Of a stretch of DNA of 64,000 nt, positions 40,446 to 49,891 are shown in pieces; within the stretch, counting starts at the first letter, position 1, and every line of letters starts with the position of its first letter. The translations under genes were made by a program, and so were the position numbers. The stretch comes from an uncultured Pseudomonadota bacterium (lineage in GTDB: Bacteria > Oederibacteriota > Muellerivitia > Muellerivitales > Muellerivitaceae). The notes below the pieces were generated by a model, which was given only the letters and a program-made list of their open reading frames with translations, was not told the DNA's origin and ran no database searches. The stretch covers positions 160,001 through 224,000 of the forward strand of contig CAWJKT010000004.1 in the NCBI GenBank assembly GCA_963843375.1. The letters are read 5' to 3'.

Positions 40446-42089
40446 TGTTCTTCCTTAAATTTTTGGGCAATAGGAATCCGGCGGCCCATACCGAAAGCCT
40501 TGGTGGTCACCTTGAGGCCCGGCGCCATTTGACGCCGCTTATATTCGTTCTGATTGATTTTACTTAAAATCTCCCGAACCAGTTTTGGCTCGAAACCCGC
40601 TTTCACGATTTTGGACGGCGGTTGGTTTTCCTCCACATATAACCGTAAAACCGCGTCCAGAGTCTCATAGGGCGGAAGGGAATCCTGGTCGGTCTGGTTA
40701 GGCCTAAGTTCGGCCGAGGGAGCCTTCGTGAAAATGGCTTCGGGGATGACCGGTTTTTTCCGGTTGGCATAACGGGACAACTCATAAACCATTCCTTTGG
40801 GCACATCGGAGATGACCGCCAGTCCCCCGCACATGTCGCCATAAAGGGTGCAATAGCCTACGGCGACCTCGCTTTTGTTGCCGGTGGAAAGCACCAGCCG
40901 GTTGAATTTGTTGGAAAGGGCCATGAGCAATAAACCCCTCAGCCGGGCCTGAAGATTTTCTTCCGTCGTGTCCCTGGGATTGTTATTGAAAACAGGATGA
41001 AGCGTCTTAAGGGCTTCCTCGAAAAGAGGGGTGATGGGGATTTCCTTGAAAGTTCGATTCCCAAAGCTTCCGCCAGTTGGCCGGGAATCCCCGATGGAGC
41101 CAGGGGAGGAAAAGGGCGAGGGCATGGTGACTCCCATGACGTTATCCGCGCCCAAAGCTTCCGCCGCAAGACAAGCGACTAAAGCCGAATCGATCCCACC
41201 GGACAAACCGATGAGCACCTTCTCAAACCCACATTTCCGGACATAGTCCCGGGTTCCGGTGACTAAGGCCTGGTAAATCTTAGCCGTCTCGCTTTCCGGG
41301 GAGGGAATGGGTTTGATCGAGGGGTTTTCGGTGTCGTAAACAAAAAAATCCTCCTCAAAACTTTTTCCCAACTGGAATAAGATTTCCGCCCGCGTCCATG
41401 ACCATACTGCATCCATCGAATATCAGCTCATCGTTGCCGCCCACCAGGTTGCAATAGAGGATGGGCGAATGGGTTTTACGAGTGACATCCTTTAAAAGGC
41501 TTTGACGTACCGAGAGTTTGGCGTAATGGAAGGGGGAGGCGGAGAGGTTCAGGACCAGATCAGGTTTGGCCTTCGCCAGTTCCTCCACGGGATCCTTGGA
41601 GTAAAGCCGATGGGTGAAAACGCCCTCAACATTCCAAATGTCCTCGCAAATCGTGACGGCGATCTTTAGACCCTTATATTGGAAAGGAGGTTCGGGTTTC
41701 GGGGCGGGGGTGAAATAGCGGGCTTCATCGAAAACATCGTAGTTGGGAAGCAAGACCTTCCGATAGGTATGGAGAATGGCGCCGTCGGTAATGGCAACCG
41801 CGGCATTAAAGAGGGGGTTTCCCGCCTCCTTGTTTTCCAGGATGGTGCCCACGACCGCAAGGATTCCCTTGGATTCTCGAGCCACTTTTTCCAGGCTTTT
41901 ACGGGAACGCTCGAAAAAAGAAAGGCGGTCCAAAAGGTCCCGGGGAGGGTAACCGGTCAGGGTCAACTCGGGAAATAGCGCAATGTCGCAGCCGGAATCT
42001 TTGGCTTTCTTCAGGTTTTCAAGAACCTTGGTGACATTCCCGTCGAAATCCCCAACGGTGGTGTTGATCTGGCAAAGAGCGATTTTCAT
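40442..42089 (-). CDS. nadE: Glutamine-dependent NAD+ synthetase; frameshift near 41385 plus compensating indels near 41050-41085
   Basis: Nitrilase domain (FPEL, K, ICED) then GLSGGIDS, ENLQAR, TGNKSE, GYCTLYGD, PSAEL, EYKRRQ. Confidence 0.92.
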
Positions 42090-42160
42090 TTGAGCCTTTC
42101 GGCCTTAGTCTCACCAAATTAAAACCCAAAGTCCAATATTAAAATAAAGGATCGGTTGTC

Positions 42161-44206
42161 TTATTTGGCCTTCTCAACGGATGGCCAGGGGATCAAATTT
42201 TGTTTTATCAACTCATGAGCCAATACTAGGGCTTCGACGAAATAACCATCCGAACTGAAATGGTCGTATTCCGTGTGGTCGGAGATGGGAAACCAAGGCG
42301 ATCGCAGGGCCACAAAATCGTCTGACAAATTCAACAAAGGGATTCCAGTATAGTCTCGTAGATCATTCCAGAAGGGTTTTTGCGCTTCCACGGGGAAAAA
42401 CTGGCCGGTAGGCAGAATGCCCAAGTAAAAGGGAACGGGACGGCCCGAGGAGGTCCGGATGACCCCAATTTTATCTTTGAGCATACGGATGGGTTTGCCG
42501 ATAAGCTGCACCAAGTCCTTCTTAATTTCAGGTTCGGCCACCAGCTGATTGAAATCGGCGAACCAGAGCTCCTTGTCCTCAATCCGGGCCAGTTTTTTGC
42601 TCTGGCAAAGTTTGAAAAAATCACCCGCTAAGCCCGACGGCATTTTCTCGGCGATGGGCTTCAGAAGCGATTCTGGATCCCTATCCTGGGTGGGAATACC
42701 TTCGGCAGTGAGGGACCTCAAAAAGTAGGACTGAAATGAAAATTCCGTATCGTTGTTGGTACGTCCATTAAAAACCCCCGGAGTGAACATGTTGGGGCTG
42801 AACATCATGAGCACCAAATCCACGTCATATTTTTTGGCTACAGTGGGGGTGAAATAATAGGGCCAAAGGAAAAGAGGCTTGATCCCGGGCATGGCTTGGG
42901 TAAGGACCTCAAAATGAACCGGGCTGTCGTCAAGCGAGGCCAAAGTGTTCAATTCAAGCTCCAACCGTTTGGTTAAACCGTCCATCAGGTTGTCATGCGC
43001 CCAACCCCTTTTTTTATGGTCGTCAGGGAAGGTGTGATAAATGTGGGAATCTCCCACCATAAGAATTCGAAAAGTATGAGGAGGTTTTGAGGGTGGATAA
43101 TCCCAATCCGTTAAACCTGTGGGAAGCGGCGTGTCCGGACCTGTAGCGATGAATTCATCTTGAAAAATGTCGTGAAACGAGAAAAGACAATTCCATTGGG
43201 GGTTGGCAATATAAAAACATTCGGGTGAAAAGGGATCGGGTATGAATTGGAGATTGTTATCGACACTAATACCGTCAAAACATGGCGGAGTATCCCCCGG
43301 GGTCGGAAGGGTTTCTCCCCAGGCCGAGACTAGGTGGATTGGCCCGGTTAAATCCTGGGGAATTATCCGCCTTAAAGGACTGGCAGGATCGTTTTGAATA
43401 GCATAGATACCTTTTTCTGAAGCCGATAAGGCCAATATCGCATGACCCTCTCCGATTGGGTTAAACAAGAATTTTCCATCCCCTTGTTCAACCAATTGGT
43501 AAATTTCGTTTAGGTTCCGATCCGCGACATAGATTTGGTCCTTCCAAAGGCAAAGAGCCTCGGGATTGGGAACTTCGGCCCGGTGTTGGAAAACAGTAAT
43601 TATTTGATTCGTTTTTAAATCGAGTTTTTGAACGCCATCCTGGGTGGGTTCGGAAAGAAAAAGACTGTTTTGGGAAGCCTGGTAAACCATACTCCAGATG
43701 GTTCCCAGGGCGCATTGAAGGGCGATTCCTTCTTGCATCCCGTCAGTTCCGTTACCCGCTAGGGTCGCGACGGTTTTTTTGACTAAGTCCAACACCCGGA
43801 TTCGATGGTTCCCGGCGTCAAATACCGCTAATTGGGTTGGAGAGATAAAAACCAGGCACGTGGGGGAACGAAAGAGGGCGGTATCAAAGGAACCGTCCTG
43901 GTAACCCTCTTGATCACGGCCCGCAAGAGTGGAAACTTCGTTTTGGTTATTGAAATCAACCATTCTTATGCAATTATTGTCCTTGTCGGAAACATACAAT
44001 TTATCCCCTGTGGCGTTGATCGCGAGGCCCAAGGGATGATTAAAGGTTGCATTGTAAAAGCTTCCGTCTTGATGACCGGCAGAGCTTTCGCCCGCCACCA
44101 AACTGATATATCCCCACATAGGACTTAGGGCTAGGGATGACTGATAAAGGAAGAAAAATAATAAAAGGGTCCAAATGTAAGAATTTTTTTGCGGGAGGAT
44201 AAACAC
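42161..44206 (-). CDS. Secreted NHL propeller + SGNH-like protein
   Basis: FNHPLGLA..LYVSDKDNNCIR; TFRILMVGDS; EYDHFSSDG; paralog of 27905 and 36330 genes. Confidence 0.75.
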   Translation of the reverse strand: MFILPQKNSYIWTLLLFFFLYQSSLALSPMWGYISLVAGESSAGHQDGSFYNATFNHPLGLAINATGDKLYVSDKDNNCIRMVDFNNQNEVSTLAGRDQEGYQDGSFDTALFRSPTCLVFISPTQLAVFDAGNHRIRVLDLVKKTVATLAGNGTDGMQEGIALQCALGTIWSMVYQASQNSLFLSEPTQDGVQKLDLKTNQIITVFQHRAEVPNPEALCLWKDQIYVADRNLNEIYQLVEQGDGKFLFNPIGEGHAILALSASEKGIYAIQNDPASPLRRIIPQDLTGPIHLVSAWGETLPTPGDTPPCFDGISVDNNLQFIPDPFSPECFYIANPQWNCLFSFHDIFQDEFIATGPDTPLPTGLTDWDYPPSKPPHTFRILMVGDSHIYHTFPDDHKKRGWAHDNLMDGLTKRLELELNTLASLDDSPVHFEVLTQAMPGIKPLFLWPYYFTPTVAKKYDVDLVLMMFSPNMFTPGVFNGRTNNDTEFSFQSYFLRSLTAEGIPTQDRDPESLLKPIAEKMPSGLAGDFFKLCQSKKLARIEDKELWFADFNQLVAEPEIKKDLVQLIGKPIRMLKDKIGVIRTSSGRPVPFYLGILPTGQFFPVEAQKPFWNDLRDYTGIPLLNLSDDFVALRSPWFPISDHTEYDHFSSDGYFVEALVLAHELIKQNLIPWPSVEKAK

Positions 44207-44320
44207 GAAGAAATTTTTACCTTATATTTTTTTTTGACTAAATTTAATCATTTGATCCGGCAATGAATCGACAAATTTAGAACAGTTTAAAGTGAAAATC
44301 TTCGGAAGTCAAAAAGAGGA

Positions 44321-44842
44321 GTGGTTGAGGTGATCTACGGTGTTTTAGCCGATACCAGGGGTGTTTTAACTCCCGCACAAGTCCATTCCCTCAAAAAAGC
44401 ATTTAAAGGGGTGGATTGTATCCTGCACGCGGGCCCCGTGGGGGACCTGAGGGTAATTGAACAATTGACGAAGATCGCTCCGACCCGGGCGGTTTGTGGA
44501 AACGCCGAAAGCCCCATTGTGCGTTCCGAGCTTTTTGTGTGGCAGGCCTGGAAATCCGGACTTCTAAAAATGGGATTGATCCATGGCTATGGTAAACCCC
44601 ATGGTTTAAAGGCTTGGCTAGTGAAACAATTCGAAACGAACCCAGTACAGGTCATTGTTTATGGGCGCAACTTTGAACCCACTGCTCGGCAAATGGGGAG
44701 CATCTTTTTTTTCAGTCCTGGTTCCTTTTCGGGCGGTCTGCCGGAGGGATTTCACGGCAAGAAAGGCCCTTGCCGCGTGGGTTTGCTGTTTATTCGTGGT
44801 AAAAAAGTGGATGGACAAGCCGGAATCTTGGTGGACGCTTGA
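44321..44842 (+). CDS. YfcE/MJ0936-like metallophosphoesterase fold with degenerate metal ligands
   Basis: GVLADTRG, ILHAGP, AVCGN, IHG, YGRNF, SPGS align to the family motifs. Confidence 0.75.
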   Translation: MVEVIYGVLADTRGVLTPAQVHSLKKAFKGVDCILHAGPVGDLRVIEQLTKIAPTRAVCGNAESPIVRSELFVWQAWKSGLLKMGLIHGYGKPHGLKAWLVKQFETNPVQVIVYGRNFEPTARQMGSIFFFSPGSFSGGLPEGFHGKKGPCRVGLLFIRGKKVDGQAGILVDA

Positions 44843-44927
44843 CGGCTTTCCCAAGAAAGCCGATATAATATAATAGACACATCCAGACCGCCTCTGGGCG
44901 GCACTTGTATTCAAAGAGAGGTCGAAA

Positions 44928-45251
44928 ATGGTTCAATTAACCGAAAAAGCAATCACCAAAGTGAAGGATTTCGGGGTCAAGAACGAGGCTTATAAGGGAA
45001 AAAATTTCAGGGTTTATGTCCAAGGCGGCGGCTGCAATGGTTTTTCCTATGGATTCACCTTTGATCAGCAGAGAGATGGAGATGAAATAAATAAAGCGGG
45101 GGATATTGATATCCTCTTGGATCCTCAAAGCGCCAAATACTTGAACGGCGCCAGAATTGATTATGTGGAAGACTACAAGGGAACGGGATTCGTTATCGAC
45201 AATCCCAATACCACCGGTTCCTGCGGATGTGGAAATTCGGTCAGTTTTTAA
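44928..45251 (+). CDS. A-type Fe-S carrier (ErpA/IscA, HesB family)
   Basis: GGGCNGFSYG, IDY, NPN, CGCGNS. Confidence 0.93.
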   Translation: MVQLTEKAITKVKDFGVKNEAYKGKNFRVYVQGGGCNGFSYGFTFDQQRDGDEINKAGDIDILLDPQSAKYLNGARIDYVEDYKGTGFVIDNPNTTGSCGCGNSVSF

Positions 45252-45323
45252 ATCCGGTTCTTCCGAATGGGACGGGGTGAAGGCCTTGTCCCTTTTTATT
45301 TCAAGTATTTACAAGGGCGTCTC

Positions 45324-46013
45324 ATGGCTTCCTGGCGGCTCATTCCCTCAACAGCTGTTCCAGCCGAGGGCCAAATGGCCCATGACGAGGAATTATTCAA
45401 GCGGTTTCAACCCGGCCAGCCCCCGATCCTAAGATTTTTCTATTTCGAGCGACCTACCTTGACACTGGGACGGTTGGAATCCAGAAGACTCAACCTATCC
45501 GAACTTTCCCTTCCATATGAAATCCGTCCCACCGGTGGACGCGCTGTCCTCCATGGTGAAGGGGACCTTTGTTATTCCATTGTGGCTTCCACCTCCGATC
45601 CTTTGGTGGGGGGGGATCTTTTGGAAAGCTACCAGAAAATCAGCCTCCTTATGGCTAATGCCCTTCGCAGAATGGACCGGGACGTCCAGCTTTCAGAAGA
45701 AAGGCATTCTGGATTGCAAACCGGCCATTGTTTTTCCTCGCCCTCTTTCGCCGAATTAGTCTTTCACGGGAAAAAAGTTGCCGGAGGTGCCCAAGCCCGG
45801 GAAGGTAGTGTTTTCCTCCAACAAGGCGTCATCCTCCTTTCAGTCTCGCCGGAATGGAAGAATCTTTTTGGGGCTTCATTCGAAAGCCCTATGTCGGGGT
45901 TGAATGACGATTCGGAAATTCCTTTTTTGAGCCGTAAGGATTTGGAATCGGCTCTCGTGCAAAGTTTTGAGAAAGTTGGAATTATCTTTGAGAAGCCGAT
46001 GGCCGCCGTTTAG
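45324..46013 (+). CDS. Lipoate-protein ligase / LipM-type octanoyltransferase
   Basis: MAHDE, LRFF, RPTGGRAVLH, CF, KKVAGGAQ, LQQG. Confidence 0.85.
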   Translation: MASWRLIPSTAVPAEGQMAHDEELFKRFQPGQPPILRFFYFERPTLTLGRLESRRLNLSELSLPYEIRPTGGRAVLHGEGDLCYSIVASTSDPLVGGDLLESYQKISLLMANALRRMDRDVQLSEERHSGLQTGHCFSSPSFAELVFHGKKVAGGAQAREGSVFLQQGVILLSVSPEWKNLFGASFESPMSGLNDDSEIPFLSRKDLESALVQSFEKVGIIFEKPMAAV

Positions 46014-46056
46014 GACGGGTAATCTTCAGCAAGAATTATTCTAAAAAAGGAAAAGA

Positions 46057-47341
46057 ATGAAAAAGTTCGATGTACTCATCATTGGGGGGGGGCCGGGGGG
46101 CTATACAGCGGCCCTGCTCTTGGCCCAGCAGGGAAAAACTATCGCCCTATTTGAGAAACAAAAAATCGGAGGTTCCTGCCTTCATGTAGGTTGTATCCCC
46201 ACCAAATTGCTTCAATCGGCTGCTGCCCGCTTCCACGTTTTGACCAAAGAAGGAAAAAGCTGGGGTATCGAAGCGGACAATATCCGGTTTAATTTTCAAA
46301 CGCTCGTGGAACGAACACAAAAAACAATCGCGATCCTTGAACGCGGCATTCAATCCCAACTTTCCGCCGCCAAAGTGGTAGTGATCCAGGGCGAGGCTGA
46401 AGTTAAGGATTCAACCCTGGTGAAGTGTAACGGGGAAGAATACCAAGGGATAAACATATTCTTGGCCCTGGGTTCTCGGCCACGCCATTTGCCGGCTTTT
46501 CCGGTGGGCAGTTCTGTCGTCACCAGTGATGAACTATTAAGCCAACCTAAACTTCCCAAATCACTCCTGATTGTTGGAGCGGGAGTTATTGGAGTTGAAT
46601 TCGCCTGTCTTTATGCCCAATTAGGCGTTAAGGTCCGCATGGGGGAGGTATTGCCTAAACTTTTACCCAACATGGACGAGGAGTTGGGGCAGGTTCTCTT
46701 AAATTCGGTACGTAAGATTGGCGTGGAAATAGAACTTGGATTATTGGAAGTCAAACGCAAAGACGAGGAAGTCATTCTGGTGTCAGCGGGAAGATTGTCC
46801 AATTCAGATAAGGCTGGCATAGGCAATTTGGGATTAAAAATCCAAGGTGGTAAAATCGAAACCAATGGGTTCATGGAGACTTCGGTATCAGGTGTTTTCG
46901 CCCTTGGCGACTTGACGGGCAAGTATCCCTACGCTCATACCGCTTATGAGCATGCACGAATCGCGGCAGGCCGTTTGAAGGGCGGAACCGAAGAAATGGA
47001 TGACTTCAAGGTGCCCCATGTGGTTTTCACCTCGCCGGAAATCGCGGCAGTGGGATATACGGAAGACGAAGCGAAGATGAACTTTAAAAATGTGAAAGTT
47101 TTAAAACGTCATTTCGCGGCCAACAGTAAGGCCAGGATCCTTGGGGAAATCGGCGGTTGGTCCAAAATGGTTTATGATGGGGATACGGGTAGAATTTTGG
47201 GGGTACATGTGACCGGTCCAGAAGCGACAGACCTTATAGGTGAAGCTTGCCTGATTGTGTCGCAGAAGATGACAATGGACAAGACTCGATAAAGTGATCC
47301 ATCCTCATCCAACCCTAAACGAGATATTTGGGTCCCATTAA
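46057..47341 (+). CDS. lpdA: Dihydrolipoyl dehydrogenase; one extra base near 47284
   Basis: GGGPGGY, GGSCLHVGCIPTK, GAGVIGVE; catalytic IHPHPTLNE lies in the shifted frame ending TAA at 47341. Confidence 0.92.
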
Positions 47342-47446
47342 GGCTTATTCAGCCTTTCTTTTTTGGTTCAGTCTTTTCCTTTTTTGACGTTAGAATATGG
47401 ACAAAAGTAGGCGGTTTATTGAAGGATTTTTCCGGGAGAGTCATGA

Positions 47447-47809
47447 ATGAGAGGATTTGCGGGTTTATTTTTTACACTTACGATGTTCGTCGGGATACCC
47501 GTTTTGGCTGACCCCCCCATGAAGGTTATCTATAGCACTTCCGCTACCACCCACTTCAATTGGAAATGGCCATATCATCCAGTTGAAAAGTACACGGCCG
47601 TCCAAGACCAAGCCTTATTATTACACCGGTCAATTCATGAATTTTACCCATGGAAGACGTTTCTAAATACCGCCACTACTTTCCGACAAAGAACTTGCCG
47701 GAATGAGTGGGGTTATTTCTTTCCGCCGGGGACTAAGCTTTGTCCCAAACGCCCCGCCATTATTTTTGGCGATCCCAACGCCTATACCGAAGTCATTTAC
47801 CAGAAATAA
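47447..47809 (+). CDS. Secreted hypothetical protein
   Basis: SD GGGAG, signal peptide ending VLA-D, two Cys. Confidence 0.6.
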   Translation: MRGFAGLFFTLTMFVGIPVLADPPMKVIYSTSATTHFNWKWPYHPVEKYTAVQDQALLLHRSIHEFYPWKTFLNTATTFRQRTCRNEWGYFFPPGTKLCPKRPAIIFGDPNAYTEVIYQK

Positions 47810-48097
47810 AGATTTGACGGTGAAACCCTCCGGTATTTGAACCTTAGACTCAAAGCCTATTTTCAGTTTAGGTTATTCCTACAATTTTGTTCAACAGCTC
47901 ATTTTTCCCTTTTCGAAATCTTTAAAATTTTCACCCAAAATCCTCACTTTTTGAATTTTTTTTGTCCTTTAAACATCCATTTCAAGATAAATTTTTGATG
48001 ATTTTTTAGAAAACGTTATTTTTCTCCACTGGTATGACAATTGCTTTAGCTATTGGAATTAAAAGGGTTTCTCGAACCCGTCGGTCAAGAGGCGAAG

Positions 48098-48586
48098 ATG
48101 TTCCGAAAGTTCAAATTCGAAGAAGAATTATACGGAAAACTTCATGCAATACCGATGTCCACCCGCTTTAAACTGGATCGAATCGGCCTTAGATTAAATA
48201 CCAAAAGTTGGAACCGGTTTTCAAGCGAAGAAAAACTGGTTCTTTGCCATTTATCCGTCCGAAGCCAAGGCGAGGTGGAATGTTATAAGGAATACCTCCT
48301 ATATTTGCTCCACCGATTAAAAGAAAAAGTCGAATGGTTCGATCCCGAAACGTCTAAGCGTGAAAAATACCAATGGGAAAATTTGACCCGGATACCGGAA
48401 AGCGTTTATTTAAAGGTTCTTACATTAAAAGGACTATTAACCGCAGTGGAATGGATTCGGTTGGACGATTTAGAACGTTATGCTCTGTTTCGCCTTTCTA
48501 CCGATAAATACAGCGAGGACCAGTTTGCGAAGGCCCTGGAAGAATTTCTGGGCATTTCTCTGGCGAAAAAAGCGGAAGCTTCCTAA
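48098..48586 (+). CDS. Nitrate-reductase-associated protein (NarM-like)
   Basis: FKFEEE..IPMSTRFKLD..G, W..L..LERYALFRL, ALEEF pattern; SD GAGG before ATG 48098. Confidence 0.7.
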   Translation: MFRKFKFEEELYGKLHAIPMSTRFKLDRIGLRLNTKSWNRFSSEEKLVLCHLSVRSQGEVECYKEYLLYLLHRLKEKVEWFDPETSKREKYQWENLTRIPESVYLKVLTLKGLLTAVEWIRLDDLERYALFRLSTDKYSEDQFAKALEEFLGISLAKKAEAS

Positions 48587-48726
48587 GCGACTCCCTATTT
48601 GTAACCCGATCGATGGATTTTTGTAACAATTGTTTAACCTGGATTTGGGAATATTCTACCAAGCCAGTGGCCCGCTCCTCCTTCTCCCCTCAACGCCAAG
48701 GACCACATGGGTTTTGAGGAGGAAAC

Positions 48727-48909
48727 ATGTTGCGGTTGGATCCCTATTCCGAAAGCATCCTGTTTCAATGTGACCGTTGTCGGCATATCGGGGAATTGAT
48801 TACCGACGTGGTGGAAGATGAGGGCTTTTTCTATTGCTGGGGTTGTTTAGCCGAGATGAACCGAAAAAAAGGAAAGGAGGTCAAAAAAGAAAAATATGCC
48901 ATCAAATGA
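48727..48909 (+). CDS. 60-aa Cys4 zinc-finger-like microprotein
   Basis: Strong SD GAGGAGG; C15xxC18-x18-C37xxC40. Confidence 0.7.
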   Translation: MLRLDPYSESILFQCDRCRHIGELITDVVEDEGFFYCWGCLAEMNRKKGKEVKKEKYAIK

Positions 48910-49075
48910 AAGTCTTGCGTTGGTGACGAAAGTGGAGTGTTTCCACTGTCAGATCCAAGTTGATTCTTGCTCCGTCTTCACCACGGAAACGGGAAATCAC
49001 TTTTGTTTAACCTGCTGGTTGGAAAAAGGACAAAACCGTATTTCCCACCGGCGTTTAACCCTGATCGAACTTTAA
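48896..49075 (+). CDS. 59-aa Cys4 zinc-finger-like microprotein (not in ORF track)
   Basis: MPSNESLALVTKVECFHCQIQVDSCSVFTTETGNHFCLTCWLEKGQNRISHRRLTLIEL; same Cys/Gly positions as upstream ORF; AGGAGG 15 nt upstream. Confidence 0.65.
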   Translation: MPSNESLALVTKVECFHCQIQVDSCSVFTTETGNHFCLTCWLEKGQNRISHRRLTLIEL

Positions 49076-49146
49076 AAAATTATTTTATCGTTGTTATTAA
49101 TTCCATATCCCGCTCGGGAATTGGAATTTTTTATTTTTGGCCCATG

Positions 49147-49890
49147 TCAAATTTGGATTTTTGAGAAAAGATAGCTTCCGACCGCCAAAATGAGCGCCGA
49201 GACCAAGATCAACACCCCCAAATCGATTCCAAGCCCATAGAAAGAAGTCCCCCCCAAGCAAGTCCTTAATCCATCCACGCCATAAGAAAGGGGGTTCAAG
49301 GTTGTCACCAGCGCCATTCCTCCTGGAAGCCCGGAGAGCGGGAACATGGCTCCAGACAAAAAGAACATCGGCATTACGAGAAAGTTCATGATGAGGGGAA
49401 AACTTTGCATATCGTTCACCTGGGAGGCTAAGGCCGTCCCAAAAGCGGTGAAAAGCACGGCGATAAGGAACATAAATACCAAGGCTAGTGGAAGGGCTGT
49501 CAACGAGGGCCTGAACCCGAAGAGGGAAGCCAAGCCTAAAACAATCAAGCCTTGCAGTAGGGCTACTGTGGCCCCGCCCATCGTGCGGCCGATCATGATA
49601 TGGAGCCGTGGCACGGGGGCTACCAGGGTTTCCTTCAGGAATCCGAACTGCCGATCCCAGATAATCTCGATCCCCGAAAAAACACCGGTAAAGAGGATTC
49701 CCATGGAGATGACCCCCGGCGCCAGAAACTGCAGGTAGTCCCCCTTGCCGGCCTGGGAATAAATCTTCCCGAAACCGAAGCCGAAAGCCAGCAGGAAAAT
49801 TAAAGGCTGGCCCAGGGAACCGATCATCCTCGGTTTGGAACGGAAATAGCGCTTCAACTGCCTCAGCCACATGATGTAAATAGTGCTCAT
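49147..49890 (-). CDS. ABC-2 exporter permease (DrrB-like)
   Basis: LAPG, DRQFGFLKE..VAP, FLSGAMFP, NPLSYGVD. Confidence 0.92.
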   Translation of the reverse strand: MSTIYIMWLRQLKRYFRSKPRMIGSLGQPLIFLLAFGFGFGKIYSQAGKGDYLQFLAPGVISMGILFTGVFSGIEIIWDRQFGFLKETLVAPVPRLHIMIGRTMGGATVALLQGLIVLGLASLFGFRPSLTALPLALVFMFLIAVLFTAFGTALASQVNDMQSFPLIMNFLVMPMFFLSGAMFPLSGLPGGMALVTTLNPLSYGVDGLRTCLGGTSFYGLGIDLGVLILVSALILAVGSYLFSKIQI

Positions 49891-49891
49891 A

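Noticed and set aside
40442..42089. Naturally split two-subunit NadE or programmed frameshift
   Set aside because: Further compensating indels in the same gene and similar breaks elsewhere point to sequence error
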